Virus record (IMG/VR): IMGVR_UViG_3300028840_002190
DNA: 64,000 nt
Direction: 5' to 3' (one strand)
Source of the DNA: a virus
Within the stretch, counting starts at the first letter, position 1; the number at the start of each line of letters is the position of its first letter. The notes beneath the pieces were generated by a model, which saw nothing but the letters and a program-made list of their open reading frames with translations, was not told the origin of the DNA and ran no database searches. A program made the position numbers and the translations under genes. Positions 8,324 to 19,100 of the stretch are shown here, one piece after another.

Positions 8324-10935
8324 TAAATCTCCGCGGCAGGCCCTTGCTGTGCTTGTGCGTCAGGAAGTGTGCTCACTGCATTTTGGCTCAAGTTAATGAC
8401 CACATCCCCAAGAGACTTGAAAACTGTCCGGAGTTTGTCTTCCAAGACAACAAAGGCTTCGTCGCCTATTGATTTCTTCGTGTCTCCTTCGGTCATCCAC
8501 AGAGTCAGCAGTACCCGGCCCACATTATCGAGGCATTTCTCCATGTTTGGGACGTATGTCGAAACTACGTCTTGGAGAACGGGGGCTGCTGCCATCATAG
8601 AAATTGCGGCGGTATCGAAAACGCCCTCATCTTGCAAGCCCTCTGCTTGGTCGATGAGCTCCGGATTGATCTGATCAGCTACTATGTCAGGGGTCAAATT
8701 TTCACCCTGGTCCATGACTGGCATGGGGGGAGGTGGCTCTTCCATGGGCGGCTGAGGAGCAAGCATCTCTGCCGCTGCCGCGGGTGCCCCAGTAGCCTCA
8801 GGAGGGACCATCCCTCCCGCTGATTGTCCGATCTCCGAGGAGCGCTGTTGGATACCTTGGAGCAACCCAACGAGCTGCTGCGTCTGCTGTGCCTGTTGCT
8901 GCATCGCTTGCTGTGTTTGTTCAGCCTGCGACTGCATCTGCTGCATCTCCATCTCACTCTGTTGTTGGAGTTGCTGCACTGCTTCAGTGATCGCCAAGTC
9001 TGTGGGGCTCAGTGACGGTTGCTGTGGGGGCATCTGCCCCATCGACGGATCCATTTGCCCCATCGACGGATCCATAGCGCCCTGCGGCGGCATCTGACCC
9101 GCTGGCATCTGAGCAGTCTGCTGCATGTCCATGGGAGACTGCGCCTCTTTGTACAGACCGGACAAGAAGTCCCCAATCGCATCCCCGCCCTTAACAATTC
9201 GGATATTCGCCTTACCGTGGTCCTGCGCCTCTTTGAGGATCCCCGCCGCCTCTGTTGCTGGGATGTGGTAGTGCGTGGCAACCTTTTCCAAGGCGTCTAC
9301 GAAATTGTAGGAACGCTCCCCATTTTCTACACGCCAGAAGCCCGCACCATCGCTACGCACTGTCGCGACTTTCGCCCCACCTTCCTGCATTTTTCCGTCG
9401 AGCCAACGAGTAATGAGCTTAGGGTCGCGCATGACCGAATTGCGCTTCATACGCTGACGAGCCTCACTATCGTAATTGGTGGGGGAATTCTTGTCCGTGG
9501 CATTCGACATGAGATTGACCCATGTCGTGTTTTTCGGCAAGAACACCACCTGACCCTTCACCGCTGCCTCCATGTACTTACGGGAGGGGTCATCATCAAT
9601 AACGTAACGACAATCACTGTACTCCCGAACGTACTTCTCTTTCCCACCATCGCTAATAGCGAACTGGATACGCATGGGCTCCGTCGCTTGCGGGTTCTTA
9701 GAATCCGGAACCAAGAAGAACCCGTAGGAATTAGCCTTGGGGCGTGTGCTCCCCGTCCCCTTCTCCAGAAGCTTGAACAAAGCGCTGCCCTGAACGTCCT
9801 TGTCAAAATTGACAGGCTCCCCCATCAAACCCTCACACACGAATGCTTCTTTCATGTCCTTGCTAATAGCCAAGAACTTCTTGGGGACACGGTGACGTTG
9901 CGGTCCGTAGTAGGAACGAATACGGTTATCTCCGTACCTGCTCACAGGCCACGGAACTACAAAATAGACGTCAGGATTTCCGTCTACAAAATAAAGGCGG
10001 TACCACCCCCCATTAGCGTCGGGCTCTTGAAGAAAGCGCTCACCCTCCACCTTGATAGCGCGGTTGAGGGTGTTGCCTTCCCGGTTATCCGCCACGTCAT
10101 AGCCCTGCTTCATGATCGTAGCGAAGGCCTCTTTAGCGCGGTCACCAAAAATTTCCCTGATCTCCTGGGGGGACGCACTTTTCGTGACCACGCGCACACG
10201 CGAGGGAGCACTTGCGACTTTCACGCTCTCCGCAACCTTAGTGTATCCCGAGACCATCGCTTCTTTGAGAGGCTTTACCCCGTAAACTTTAGCGATCTTC
10301 TGGAGGAGGGGCGGGTGCTTCTCAAAAGCAACCTTTACGCTGTCCAGCAGTAGCTGGTTACCGGAACTCAACATGTTGAGAAACTGCGGGTGAATCTCAA
10401 GAGTATGATCTTGTGCGGCTTTCACCATTGCCGCAACTCCGCTGTCCACAACCTCCGCAGGAACGTCTTCAGCACTAGCGTAACCGTAGCGCCCGGTAGT
10501 GTAGGGTGGAAGCACGAGGTTACGCACGCTGACATCTCGCGGAACTGTCTGCGGCGCGTTTTCGGCACCTCCCATCTCGTCAAGAGACATCTTGGTAATT
10601 TCCTCGAGCCACGCGTTGTCGAGCGGGAGGAAGATATTCAGCTTCTTGTAGTAGAACATCTCTACGGGTTTGAGCTGTCCATCCACAAGCACCACCGGAA
10701 TGTAGATGGGGAGCTGGTTGTGGAGCACGACAAATGCCCCCACTCCGTTTCCTGCTTCCGCATCCACCTCCAAGATCTTGAACGTCACAACACTCTGCGC
10801 AAGTTCCGGGAACTTAGCAAAGAGAACGCTGTAAGCCATTTGCGAGAACCGTTCCTTGAACGACTGTTCGGCTTGTTCAGCCGGAGGCGGTCCTTGCATT
10901 CCCTTTTGAACTTGCGGGGACATCGACATAGGCAT
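8323..10935 (-). CDS. Large putative virion protein with Gln/Met/Pro-rich C-terminal region
   Basis: 870 aa, RBS GGGAGG; K-x-A sites (VKAAQ, TKVAESVKVAS, YKEAQ) flank domains; low-complexity QMP linker. Confidence 0.6.
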   Translation of the reverse strand: MPMSMSPQVQKGMQGPPPAEQAEQSFKERFSQMAYSVLFAKFPELAQSVVTFKILEVDAEAGNGVGAFVVLHNQLPIYIPVVLVDGQLKPVEMFYYKKLNIFLPLDNAWLEEITKMSLDEMGGAENAPQTVPRDVSVRNLVLPPYTTGRYGYASAEDVPAEVVDSGVAAMVKAAQDHTLEIHPQFLNMLSSGNQLLLDSVKVAFEKHPPLLQKIAKVYGVKPLKEAMVSGYTKVAESVKVASAPSRVRVVTKSASPQEIREIFGDRAKEAFATIMKQGYDVADNREGNTLNRAIKVEGERFLQEPDANGGWYRLYFVDGNPDVYFVVPWPVSRYGDNRIRSYYGPQRHRVPKKFLAISKDMKEAFVCEGLMGEPVNFDKDVQGSALFKLLEKGTGSTRPKANSYGFFLVPDSKNPQATEPMRIQFAISDGGKEKYVREYSDCRYVIDDDPSRKYMEAAVKGQVVFLPKNTTWVNLMSNATDKNSPTNYDSEARQRMKRNSVMRDPKLITRWLDGKMQEGGAKVATVRSDGAGFWRVENGERSYNFVDALEKVATHYHIPATEAAGILKEAQDHGKANIRIVKGGDAIGDFLSGLYKEAQSPMDMQQTAQMPAGQMPPQGAMDPSMGQMDPSMGQMPPQQPSLSPTDLAITEAVQQLQQQSEMEMQQMQSQAEQTQQAMQQQAQQTQQLVGLLQGIQQRSSEIGQSAGGMVPPEATGAPAAAAEMLAPQPPMEEPPPPMPVMDQGENLTPDIVADQINPELIDQAEGLQDEGVFDTAAISMMAAAPVLQDVVSTYVPNMEKCLDNVGRVLLTLWMTEGDTKKSIGDEAFVVLEDKLRTVFKSLGDVVINLSQNAVSTLPDAQAQQGPAAEI
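9035..9075. repeat. 21-bp-period tandem duplication encoding (MDPSMGQ)2
   Basis: TGCCCCATCGACGGATCCAT at 9035-9054 and 9056-9075. Confidence 0.8.
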
Positions 10936-11003
10936 ACGTATTCCTCCCTTAGTGAGGGTCGTCGTGAAGAATTATACTGTTGAAATTGTAAGGAGGAAAG
11001 GGG

Positions 11004-11996
11004 TTACTGCGCGGAAGAGACGTACTCAGTCAGGGTCTGGAGAGCGTTGGCGAGTTCCGCCTTCTTCTCATCGTCGCCCTTCTCGTCATCCTTCTTCTCT
11101 TCCCCATCGTCGTCGTCGCTCTTCTCTTCCTTCTTCTCTTCCATCTTCTCCTTCAGCTCGGGAGGCAGTTCCCCTCCGAGCTTAGAGATGGCTTCTTGAA
11201 GAAGAGACGAGAGCTTCGAGACTTCGCCGCTAGTAGGGACAGAATCCGTACGTGGTTGCGGCTTCTGCTCACCCATCAGGGGACCCTTGGGCTGCGTAGT
11301 TTTGCCTTGGGCAGGGGCGACACCGGACATCGCCTGGTTGTCCGGGGGCTCCGTGTGCCCAGGAGCGCCAGTGTCTCCCGAACCCGGATCAGTGCTCGAC
11401 TTTTTCTGGAGACGCAGCAGCTCATCGACCTGAGCTGAGAGCTTCGCAACCTCGCTGGGGGTAGCCGCGCTAGCACCTGGAGGCGGGTTCTGCGGCTCTT
11501 GAGCGCCGACTTCACCGGGGGAGGTGTCTAGAGTGGTGGTACCCTGCGGACCGACCTTCTCAGACGACGGATCCTTCTTGGCATCGAGGGGGCCCATGCC
11601 TCCTTCCATCATGTCTTCTTGAAAGCGGCCATCACCGGTCACGTCCGTACCCGCACCTTCTTCCGCTGCCTTGTGCATCAGGGCAGTAGCGTGAACGGTA
11701 GCTGCGGTCTCGTAGTCCACCGAAGCGGCGAGCTTCGGAAACTCTTCATCCTTGTAGTGGCTAGTCTTCTCGGCAATCTCTTCGGCGACATCAACGAGCT
11801 TGTCGATGACACCCGCGGCCTCCTCAGCCGAGAGACCTTCTTCACCGCTGATCTCCGGCATCTCCTCTTCGGGGAGCTCATCCGCCACGGCATCAGCAGC
11901 TTCTTCCGCGATCTTCTCGGTAGGCCAGCTGATCAAGCCCTGACGCACGAGCTCATGGTTGATGCCCCTGACGTGTGCGCGTTTGAACAGTCCCAT
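11004..11996 (-). CDS. Acidic low-complexity head/scaffold-like protein
   Basis: 330 aa; EKIAE, PKLAA, HKAAE plus variants AKLS, SKLS, SKLG; internal duplicated module (...TPSEVAKLS / ...TSGEVSKLS). Confidence 0.55.
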   Translation of the reverse strand: MGLFKRAHVRGINHELVRQGLISWPTEKIAEEAADAVADELPEEEMPEISGEEGLSAEEAAGVIDKLVDVAEEIAEKTSHYKDEEFPKLAASVDYETAATVHATALMHKAAEEGAGTDVTGDGRFQEDMMEGGMGPLDAKKDPSSEKVGPQGTTTLDTSPGEVGAQEPQNPPPGASAATPSEVAKLSAQVDELLRLQKKSSTDPGSGDTGAPGHTEPPDNQAMSGVAPAQGKTTQPKGPLMGEQKPQPRTDSVPTSGEVSKLSSLLQEAISKLGGELPPELKEKMEEKKEEKSDDDDGEEKKDDEKGDDEKKAELANALQTLTEYVSSAQ

Positions 11997-12034
11997 GATA
12001 TTTCTCTCCTAGTCGGTTAGGGCCTACTGGCCGC

Positions 12035-12211
12035 CTACTTCTGGGTCCCTTGTTGGAGTAGGGAGGTAATGTCCTCAACCGTGGCGAGTTTCTCTTCTGT
12101 GTACGCAGCACTCTGTTGCACTGCCGTTGCTTCGTCCACTCCATGTTCCAGAAGCGCACGCTTTACGCCTTCAGCGTAAGCAACTTTCAAAAGGGTAGCG
12201 GTAGAGTCCAT
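12035..12211 (-). CDS. Small virion protein (58 aa)
   Basis: Start re-called to ATG 12211 (GGAGGAG RBS); MDSTATLLKVAYAEGVKRALLEHGV...EKLAT. Confidence 0.55.
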   Translation of the reverse strand: MDSTATLLKVAYAEGVKRALLEHGVDEATAVQQSAAYTEEKLATVEDITSLLQQGTQK

Positions 12212-12227
12212 CCGTCTCCTCCAGTAA

Positions 12228-12767
12228 TCAACGCCAAGTATATGGCGATTCGTTGTTATATCCAAGAGGCAAATTGCGCAACTGTTCATCCGCTCGGGGT
12301 GAAACGCGTGTGACGTACTTGGCTGTGCGGCCTAACCCGCGCCCCAAACGTTCCCCTAAAGTTCCCGCAACCATCGAGCCAAGCATTCCAGTGGGTCCCC
12401 AAGCGGCTAATCCTAGGGCAGTTCCCCCTAGCAACCCTCCGATACGTTCCGCACGCTCACCAGGATCTCCTCGTACGATGTTGGCAGCCTCTATTGCGGG
12501 GAATCCATACAGTAACGCTTTGTTGAACGCCCCCGGTGCCTCGAATCCCTCCCGGAATACGCTGCCCGGTTTGAGCGATTGCTTCATCCGCCACTCATGA
12601 GCGAAACGACGAGGTCGACCGATCATGAATCGCTTCACACCCTCTCGGGTGGGGAGCTTCTTAGCGAGGTACTTCCCTAATCGGGAAAGAGCCCTCGGCA
12701 TAGCCGCCTCTTTAGTAAGGCCCATCTCGGAATACACGGCGTACTTACCAAGATCGTAGGGAGTCAT
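12228..12767 (-). CDS. Basic protein with glycine-zipper-like hydrophobic segment
   Basis: 179 aa; N-terminal YDLGKYAVYSEMGLTKEAA, later GGLLGGTALGLAAWGPTGMLGSMVAGTLG. Confidence 0.55.
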   Translation of the reverse strand: MTPYDLGKYAVYSEMGLTKEAAMPRALSRLGKYLAKKLPTREGVKRFMIGRPRRFAHEWRMKQSLKPGSVFREGFEAPGAFNKALLYGFPAIEAANIVRGDPGERAERIGGLLGGTALGLAAWGPTGMLGSMVAGTLGERLGRGLGRTAKYVTRVSPRADEQLRNLPLGYNNESPYTWR

Positions 12768-14566
12768 CAGTACCGCCCCTTCTCTCCTCGACCAAAGTCT
12801 ACGCCATATGCGTACGCAGGAACAGGGTGTGTTCCGTGCAGATTCGAAATATCCCCAAAATGTGCCGCTTCTTGGAGTGTGCTTTTCAAGTTACGATGAC
12901 CGAGGCGCGCAAGCCAATCCGGATGGAGTAGCGGGGCACGCGAAGCAGGTTTCATGATGAACTCTACCTCTGGAGCACGCGGGGCAATCGCAATGGTCTT
13001 TAACCCCTCCTTCTTAAGGTAATGTAATACAGAGGGGGTGACTCTCTGCCCTACAGAGAAGTGAAAGTAGGGCTTTCCTAAAGTTTGTCCGAGAGTCTCG
13101 TTGACGGGGACCTCCTTAGTTCCCGAAGCCAAAGAAGAGCGCAACTTGTTATACGAAACCACGTCCCCCTTGATGAACTTATTAGTCGGGTCATCGAGAA
13201 CGCGAACATGGTTCAGTTCGTTCTTTGCAAGCAACTCAAAATGTCGTTGATCCAGAGTCTTCCCCTGGTTCTCATACAAATCTCGCAGGGTATTTACGAG
13301 GTAAAGCCTCCCTGCGGCCAGCCCCTTGTGGCGCACGATTTCATCTGGCTTAGGGATACCTTCGCTAAGGCGGTCGCCCCTTTCCACGGCGTCACCCTTC
13401 TTCACGACTACTCCCAAATTAGGAGCTACGAAGTGTTGTGTGTTACCTATGTGTACGTAGGAGCCTCCCTGGGGAGCTTTCTCTATTTTTGATACCTTAC
13501 CGTCAATGTCCGCTAGCGTAGCTTTATTCATGAACTGCTTGGGAGACTCGATGATCTGTCGGAATCCCGCAACACCCTGCAGGCGCATTCGGTCACCTTT
13601 GGCTGTGCGAACTCCGTGCTTGGCATCTAAAGCGAACTGACTGAGCGGTTCCCCCATTGCAGAAGCGGAACGTACTCCTACATTAACCCCTAATTCGTGT
13701 ACGTTTCCCTTTTCGTTCAGCCCCTGGCACTTTTGACAGACACCATCATCTGCCTCACAAGTCATAGGGGAGCGCACCAACACCCTGGAAGCCCCACTCT
13801 TTCGAAGCTTCGTCTGCATATCGGAAGTAACTAAAGAGTTCCTGCGGAACTTTCCAGTATCCCGTGCCAGATAACGATCTACGATGTTCGGGTCGGTAAC
13901 CTCCATCGTAATGCCGTTGTGCGTTCCGCAGTCCACTTCCGTTACCAGAGCATCCGCCATGTTGGCCATTAGTATCTTGGTCAACTCGCCAGGCTCCGAA
14001 ACAGAGACGGTACTCTTGATAGTGTCTAGAATGGCCTCGTTACCTGCGACCCAATAGTCCGAAGGTTTGAGCCCCTCACTGTAAGACTTTCGAATTAGCC
14101 AAGGTTCAGTAAAACCGTAAGGGTCACGGGCCGCAGCAGGGGAGCCCACGATCTTCGAAAACTGCACAGGCTTTCCTCGTGCCCCGCTCCGAACTTGCTG
14201 AGTCATCGTCCCAGGGTGTGAGGTCGAAATTCCCACCATCTTCTCCTGGGCATCTTCTGCGATCCTGCTGCGTTGTTTATCCGTAGTAGCTTTGTCAAAA
14301 GCTGTGACGTAAGGTTTCAGGACTTTATTGCGATTCCTATAGTCAGGAGCGATGTCGTCTAGTCCAATAGAAAGGCCCTCCATCGTAGCTAACGCGTCAC
14401 CTTCCCGCTTGAGGTCAGTGATCGTTTTGACGTAAGCTACGGGATCTTTATGCGCGAGCTCATTCATCTTCTTTTTGAGCTCACCCTTCCCCGACTCTCC
14501 TGACAGCCGATATTGCTCGGGAATATGCTGATTTAGCAGAAGCTGTCCTAGTGTTTGCGTCGACAT
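12767..14566 (-). CDS. rpoC: Multi-subunit RNA polymerase beta' subunit, C-terminal half
   Basis: SGARG, bridge-helix-like EPGELTKILMANMADALVTEVDCGT, Zn site RSPMTCEADDGVCQKCQG, trigger-loop-like AMGEPLSQFALDAKH, DQRHFELL, LKSTLQEAA. Confidence 0.9.
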   Translation of the reverse strand: MSTQTLGQLLLNQHIPEQYRLSGESGKGELKKKMNELAHKDPVAYVKTITDLKREGDALATMEGLSIGLDDIAPDYRNRNKVLKPYVTAFDKATTDKQRSRIAEDAQEKMVGISTSHPGTMTQQVRSGARGKPVQFSKIVGSPAAARDPYGFTEPWLIRKSYSEGLKPSDYWVAGNEAILDTIKSTVSVSEPGELTKILMANMADALVTEVDCGTHNGITMEVTDPNIVDRYLARDTGKFRRNSLVTSDMQTKLRKSGASRVLVRSPMTCEADDGVCQKCQGLNEKGNVHELGVNVGVRSASAMGEPLSQFALDAKHGVRTAKGDRMRLQGVAGFRQIIESPKQFMNKATLADIDGKVSKIEKAPQGGSYVHIGNTQHFVAPNLGVVVKKGDAVERGDRLSEGIPKPDEIVRHKGLAAGRLYLVNTLRDLYENQGKTLDQRHFELLAKNELNHVRVLDDPTNKFIKGDVVSYNKLRSSLASGTKEVPVNETLGQTLGKPYFHFSVGQRVTPSVLHYLKKEGLKTIAIAPRAPEVEFIMKPASRAPLLHPDWLARLGHRNLKSTLQEAAHFGDISNLHGTHPVPAYAYGVDFGRGEKGRY

Positions 14567-16153
14567 CTAAAATCCCAACCCAATAGGCGAGGGTCCTGTG
14601 GCCGTCTCGTGCGAAATCTCCTCCTTGGGACCCCAAGAAGTCGGACGGTTAAGCCGGTCCTCTACCCGGTCATCCGCCTTGTTACCACCCTGTCGCTCTG
14701 GAACTCTCAAGGTGTTGAGGAGACCCGCCAACTCCGATGCGGGCATCCCCTCATCCGCGTTCTCCATAGGTTGTTGAGCCTCACTTGTACTGAGACGTTT
14801 TTGTTTTAAGCGTGACCGGATCTCCCGCGTAGCCCCCAACTTCTGGAGCACACGGTCAAACCCTTCCCAGAAAGCCGACATTTTTTGTAGGGCTGTCTTT
14901 CTCATATCCGTCACATTCCTCAATAACCACGCATCTTCCTTGGTTCGGAATAACACGTAGTCCTCCTCAGTACCACCTACACGTCTCTTGAATTTTACCT
15001 TATCCGGAGAGGCGGCGGTAACCTGAACCGGTTCCTTATGCTTAATCTCAACAGATCCCTTCCCATAGCCTTTCATGATGGGTTGCGGACCTGATGCTCC
15101 GAACCCTAGAGCGTAGTCGGCTGTATGGGTAGGGGTTTGAATCGCCAACACGTTCTCTCGAGTAGATGGTAATTTCGCCTTCGGGAGAGCCCAAGAATGG
15201 GCGTGCCCTGTCCAGGGATCGACGAGACGGAGATCGTAGTGCTTACCTGCACGCTCAGCCTTGTGTTCCTGTACAGCTAACATCCAAGACTTGGGTTGCC
15301 GGAATGTAGGAATTTTTTCTACGGGTTTCCCCGCGGGAATCCCCGGAGCGAACTCCTTAGGTTTCTTCTTAGTGCGGAGACGTGTGACGACTTCAAGAGG
15401 GTTGGCATGGGTTGCCGGGTCGAATCTCTTAAGCTCATTATCCCTTACAGGTACGGAGACCAGGCCCGTCTCACTATTCAATGAGTAGGGCGCTCGGATA
15501 GACCCCTGGTCGTGGAAAGTGGAAACGTCCAGACGGATTTGGTCTTTTTCCGGAGGCGTTACCGTGTAAGGATTCTTACGGCGAGCCAACCTCGACATGA
15601 TGCGCTTGACCGTGCGTTCGAGCTTGTTGGTGTCGCGTTCAGCATCCAGCTGACCCCGAACATAAAACCCCGTACCGCCAGAGAAAGAGACATCAGTCTT
15701 ATTGACTCCGGGGATCTTCTGGACTTCACGTTGAACCGCGCGGACCGCAGGCTTCAGCTCTTCGATCCCCACGTCCTTGCCCGCATCGATGTCCACCCAC
15801 ACCTGGTTCGTAGTCTTCCCGATGGTTGGGTGGAACTCCGTGTAACGTCTCGATGTGTACCAGTCGATGTCCTTCCCTGTAGGGATTCGGATAGGTTCAT
15901 CCTTCTTACGGTAACGTCGAACAATAGGAGTATTCGGCTCCCGGTTCATAACCGTAAGCAGATCCTTGTCCTTAAGCTCACGGAAAAGGCGGCGACGTAC
16001 CTCGGGAGTAGAATAGTAATCCAGCACATCCTTCTTGGTCATCTTGATGCCAGTAGAAGGACTATCGATCACGACCGCGTCCAGGTTCTCTACATCCTGG
16101 TACTTCCGGTTAGCCCAGACTGCGGCGCGTTGAGCTGGTGAGGAGTAGGGCAT
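14567..16153 (-). CDS. LigD-like primase-polymerase (AEP) + 3'-phosphoesterase fusion lacking a ligase domain
   Basis: N-half: DVLDYY, EFHP, VWVDIDAG, FSGGTGFYV, IRAPYSL...TGLVSVP (LigD Pol-domain pattern). C-half: VQEHKAERAGKHYDLRL...HSWALPK...THTADY...GYGKGSV (LigD PE pattern). No KxDG ligase motif seen. Confidence 0.8.
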   Translation of the reverse strand: MPYSSPAQRAAVWANRKYQDVENLDAVVIDSPSTGIKMTKKDVLDYYSTPEVRRRLFRELKDKDLLTVMNREPNTPIVRRYRKKDEPIRIPTGKDIDWYTSRRYTEFHPTIGKTTNQVWVDIDAGKDVGIEELKPAVRAVQREVQKIPGVNKTDVSFSGGTGFYVRGQLDAERDTNKLERTVKRIMSRLARRKNPYTVTPPEKDQIRLDVSTFHDQGSIRAPYSLNSETGLVSVPVRDNELKRFDPATHANPLEVVTRLRTKKKPKEFAPGIPAGKPVEKIPTFRQPKSWMLAVQEHKAERAGKHYDLRLVDPWTGHAHSWALPKAKLPSTRENVLAIQTPTHTADYALGFGASGPQPIMKGYGKGSVEIKHKEPVQVTAASPDKVKFKRRVGGTEEDYVLFRTKEDAWLLRNVTDMRKTALQKMSAFWEGFDRVLQKLGATREIRSRLKQKRLSTSEAQQPMENADEGMPASELAGLLNTLRVPERQGGNKADDRVEDRLNRPTSWGPKEEISHETATGPSPIGLGF

Positions 16154-19100
16154 TAACCGATACTCACACGCGTCCCAAGACCAATCTCACCACGCTTATA
16201 CGCAGCCATGGCGTCAGCCTTAGTCTTGAACTTCTTGGGCGTCTTATTCTTGTCATCCACACGAGACGCGTGGTGGATACCCATGATCGCCTCATGCTGC
16301 GGAAACACCAGTAGGTCACTTTTGGACTTGTCCCCAAAAAGAAGATTCGAGAGGGTGATATTCTTCGCGTCCTCGACCGCTTTAGGACCTACAGGAACAT
16401 GGAGCATCATTGTGTCCCCATCGTAGTCGGCGTTCATACCTTCTTCCACGAACGGGTTAACTCGGAGGGTGCGCCCAGGGACAGGTACCGGCTTAGCGGC
16501 AACAACATTGTAACGATGCAACGTTGGAGCACGATTCATGAGGACAGGACGCTCCTGGACTTCTCGTCGAAGTGCTTCTTCCGCGGCGGGGTGGCGCTTC
16601 TCTACCATCTGCTTAGCCTGAACAGCTGGGAAACCCTGTTGGACAAGTCGGCGAATGAGAAACTTGTCGTACATCCCCCAAAGCATGTCCTTGGGAACTC
16701 CAACTTCGTCTACTCCAAGGGTGCTATCTGGAACGATAGTCCCGCGGCCAGCCACGTCTTGAGTTCGGGACATAAGCTTCGAGTGGAAGAAACCATGCTT
16801 GGGACCTCCAACACCGGAGATGTACGTCAAGAAACCCTTGTGGTTACGTGCTTTGGACTTCGCCGTAGCGGGTTCGTCAGTCCCGTACACCGCGCCTACT
16901 GCTTGCTGTAAGGCTGGGCGCAATTTCTTTTCCTCGCCGGGAGGGGTGGGCGTCTTGGGGTTCTTAACCTCTTTCATCTGGTTGTTGATGTAGATGAGGT
17001 CTTGGTAGAGAGGGTTAGTATCCCCGTAGATGATCTGCGTTCCACCCTTACCGGGCATGATCGGGCGCATCACCGGAGGTAGTACCGGAACTTTACTAAC
17101 AACGTACGCTTTATCAGGTGTGAGACCCACGTTACGAAGAGCGTTGATGTACTTGAGCTGCTTAACCTCGTTGTCAAGCTGATCAGCCTTACGCCCCTTC
17201 ATCTGTTTGCGTATGTCTTTCTCTTTCTGGTCAAGATCGAGCCTGCCCAACTCACGCTTGATGTGCGCTCCGCCCTTCTCCTGCAGCGTCTGGGAGAGTT
17301 GCGCGTTCGTCATACCGAGAAGGCGGCGAACTGGCTCTTTGAATACAGGATTTACAATGGGCTCAGCCAAGTCAATATGTGACCATCGCGTCCCTCGAAG
17401 ACCGCCAGTTACTCCCGGGTCGAACAGGCCCCCCGCTTCGGGACGTAGGTCTTTCGCACGAACGATCTTAGCGTCCTTCACCTCTCCCGAAGACATCTCC
17501 TTGACGTCGTCATCAGTAAGAGGTCCAAGAGCTACCCTACTACCGTCGCGGCGGACACGCACACCAGCTCCGGTGAGCATCCCGACGAACTTGTCATACG
17601 CGAAAGTCGATTTCGGTTCTGGAGGAGTCATGCCCAGCTGTACACCGCGCCAAAACTCGTCATTCTTCTGACTCTTCACCGTCGCAACTTCCCGGAGGAT
17701 GTTGCGGGCGTTGTGTCCGAGAAGAGCGTCGAACTCCATCTTGCCGATGGCCTTCGCACCTTGAACGCCGCCCTTAGTAGGCTGCAAGTTCATGTCGTAG
17801 GTGCCCGTGCTACGTGCGCTGTAGTTGTTATCAGTAGTCTTGAATAACTTATAGAGATACTGGCGCCCTACGAAGACCTTCGGAATCTTCTTCCCCGAAC
17901 GTGGGTCATAGACCGTTTCCTTGTCTTTGACTCCGTGTTTACGTAGTAAATCTTTTGCCCACTTTACGTTGTCTTCGTTTGTGAAGTTGTCCACTACGAT
18001 AGGCTTACCGGTCTTCTCTACCACTTTACCTACAGCGGTCTCGATGATCTGACTTGGGTTGATACGCGACACCACCCCTGCCGACGTCATAAGAACATCG
18101 ACGGGTTTGCCTGCCTCGTCCTGAATCATTTGGCCATCAGGAACGATCTCTGAAATGACACCTTTGTTGCCGTAGCGACCCGCAATTTTGTCCCCGATCC
18201 CCGCAGGCTCTCGAGTCTTCACGGTGAGGGTGACGCGCTTCGGGGTCTTCACTACGTCAATAACCTCACCCTCGTGATCGTGGTCCCATCCCTGTGTGAA
18301 CTCACGGTGAGGATGGGCCAATGACTTGTGAAGCTTCCCGAGAATGAGGTCATCAGGGGAGAGCTCCGTCTTGCGTACGCCTACGACTACAGGATCCCCG
18401 GGGAGCAGTTTAGTCCCCGGAGCGACTACACCGTCTGTGTCTATAGGCTTGTACTGGTCTTTGGTGTAGTTGTGTCCGTAGTAGGACTTGTGCTTGTTCG
18501 CGCTGAATGTCAGATCGGGATCTTTAGGGATGACAATCTTGTACATGCGCTCAGACGTAAGTTTCTTCGCCGCGGCTTCACTTACGACTACTGCGTCATT
18601 GGAGTTTGCCCCGTAGTAGGGCATGAACGCTACGCTCATGTTCTTACCAAGCGCCAGGGTGCCGTTGCGTGTGAAGTTGGAGTCCCCTAATCGCTGCCCC
18701 GCTTTGACTTCGTCTCCAGGCTTAACCGAAAGGTCATGGTTCAAATAAGTCTTGGCCGCTAGCGGGAAATTTTTATCGTACGGAACCTTCACGAGAGCCG
18801 GACCTCGAGCGGCTGTTTTTTCATGAGGGCGGATGTAGATGAAATCATCATCCACCTTCTTAACAACTCCGCTAACGGGTGCGTAAGGGTTGATGATCTT
18901 ACCGATCATGTTCTCAAACGACTTACCTGAGGGAGTAGCCACTTGTACAAATGGTTCCTCGCGGTCGACGAGCGACAGTGCTTGAACCTGCATCTTGGAT
19001 CCCATCACCGCACGGTTACCCTGTGCGGACTCCAAGAATGGGATGAGATTTGTCGTCGGACTGTACATGCGGGATTGATGCGGGACCTGGTAGTTCACCT

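Noticed and set aside
8507-8515. Fifth AGCAGTACC copy
   Set aside because: Isolated, inside a CDS, with no flanking hairpin; one chance 9-mer match in 64 kb is unremarkable.
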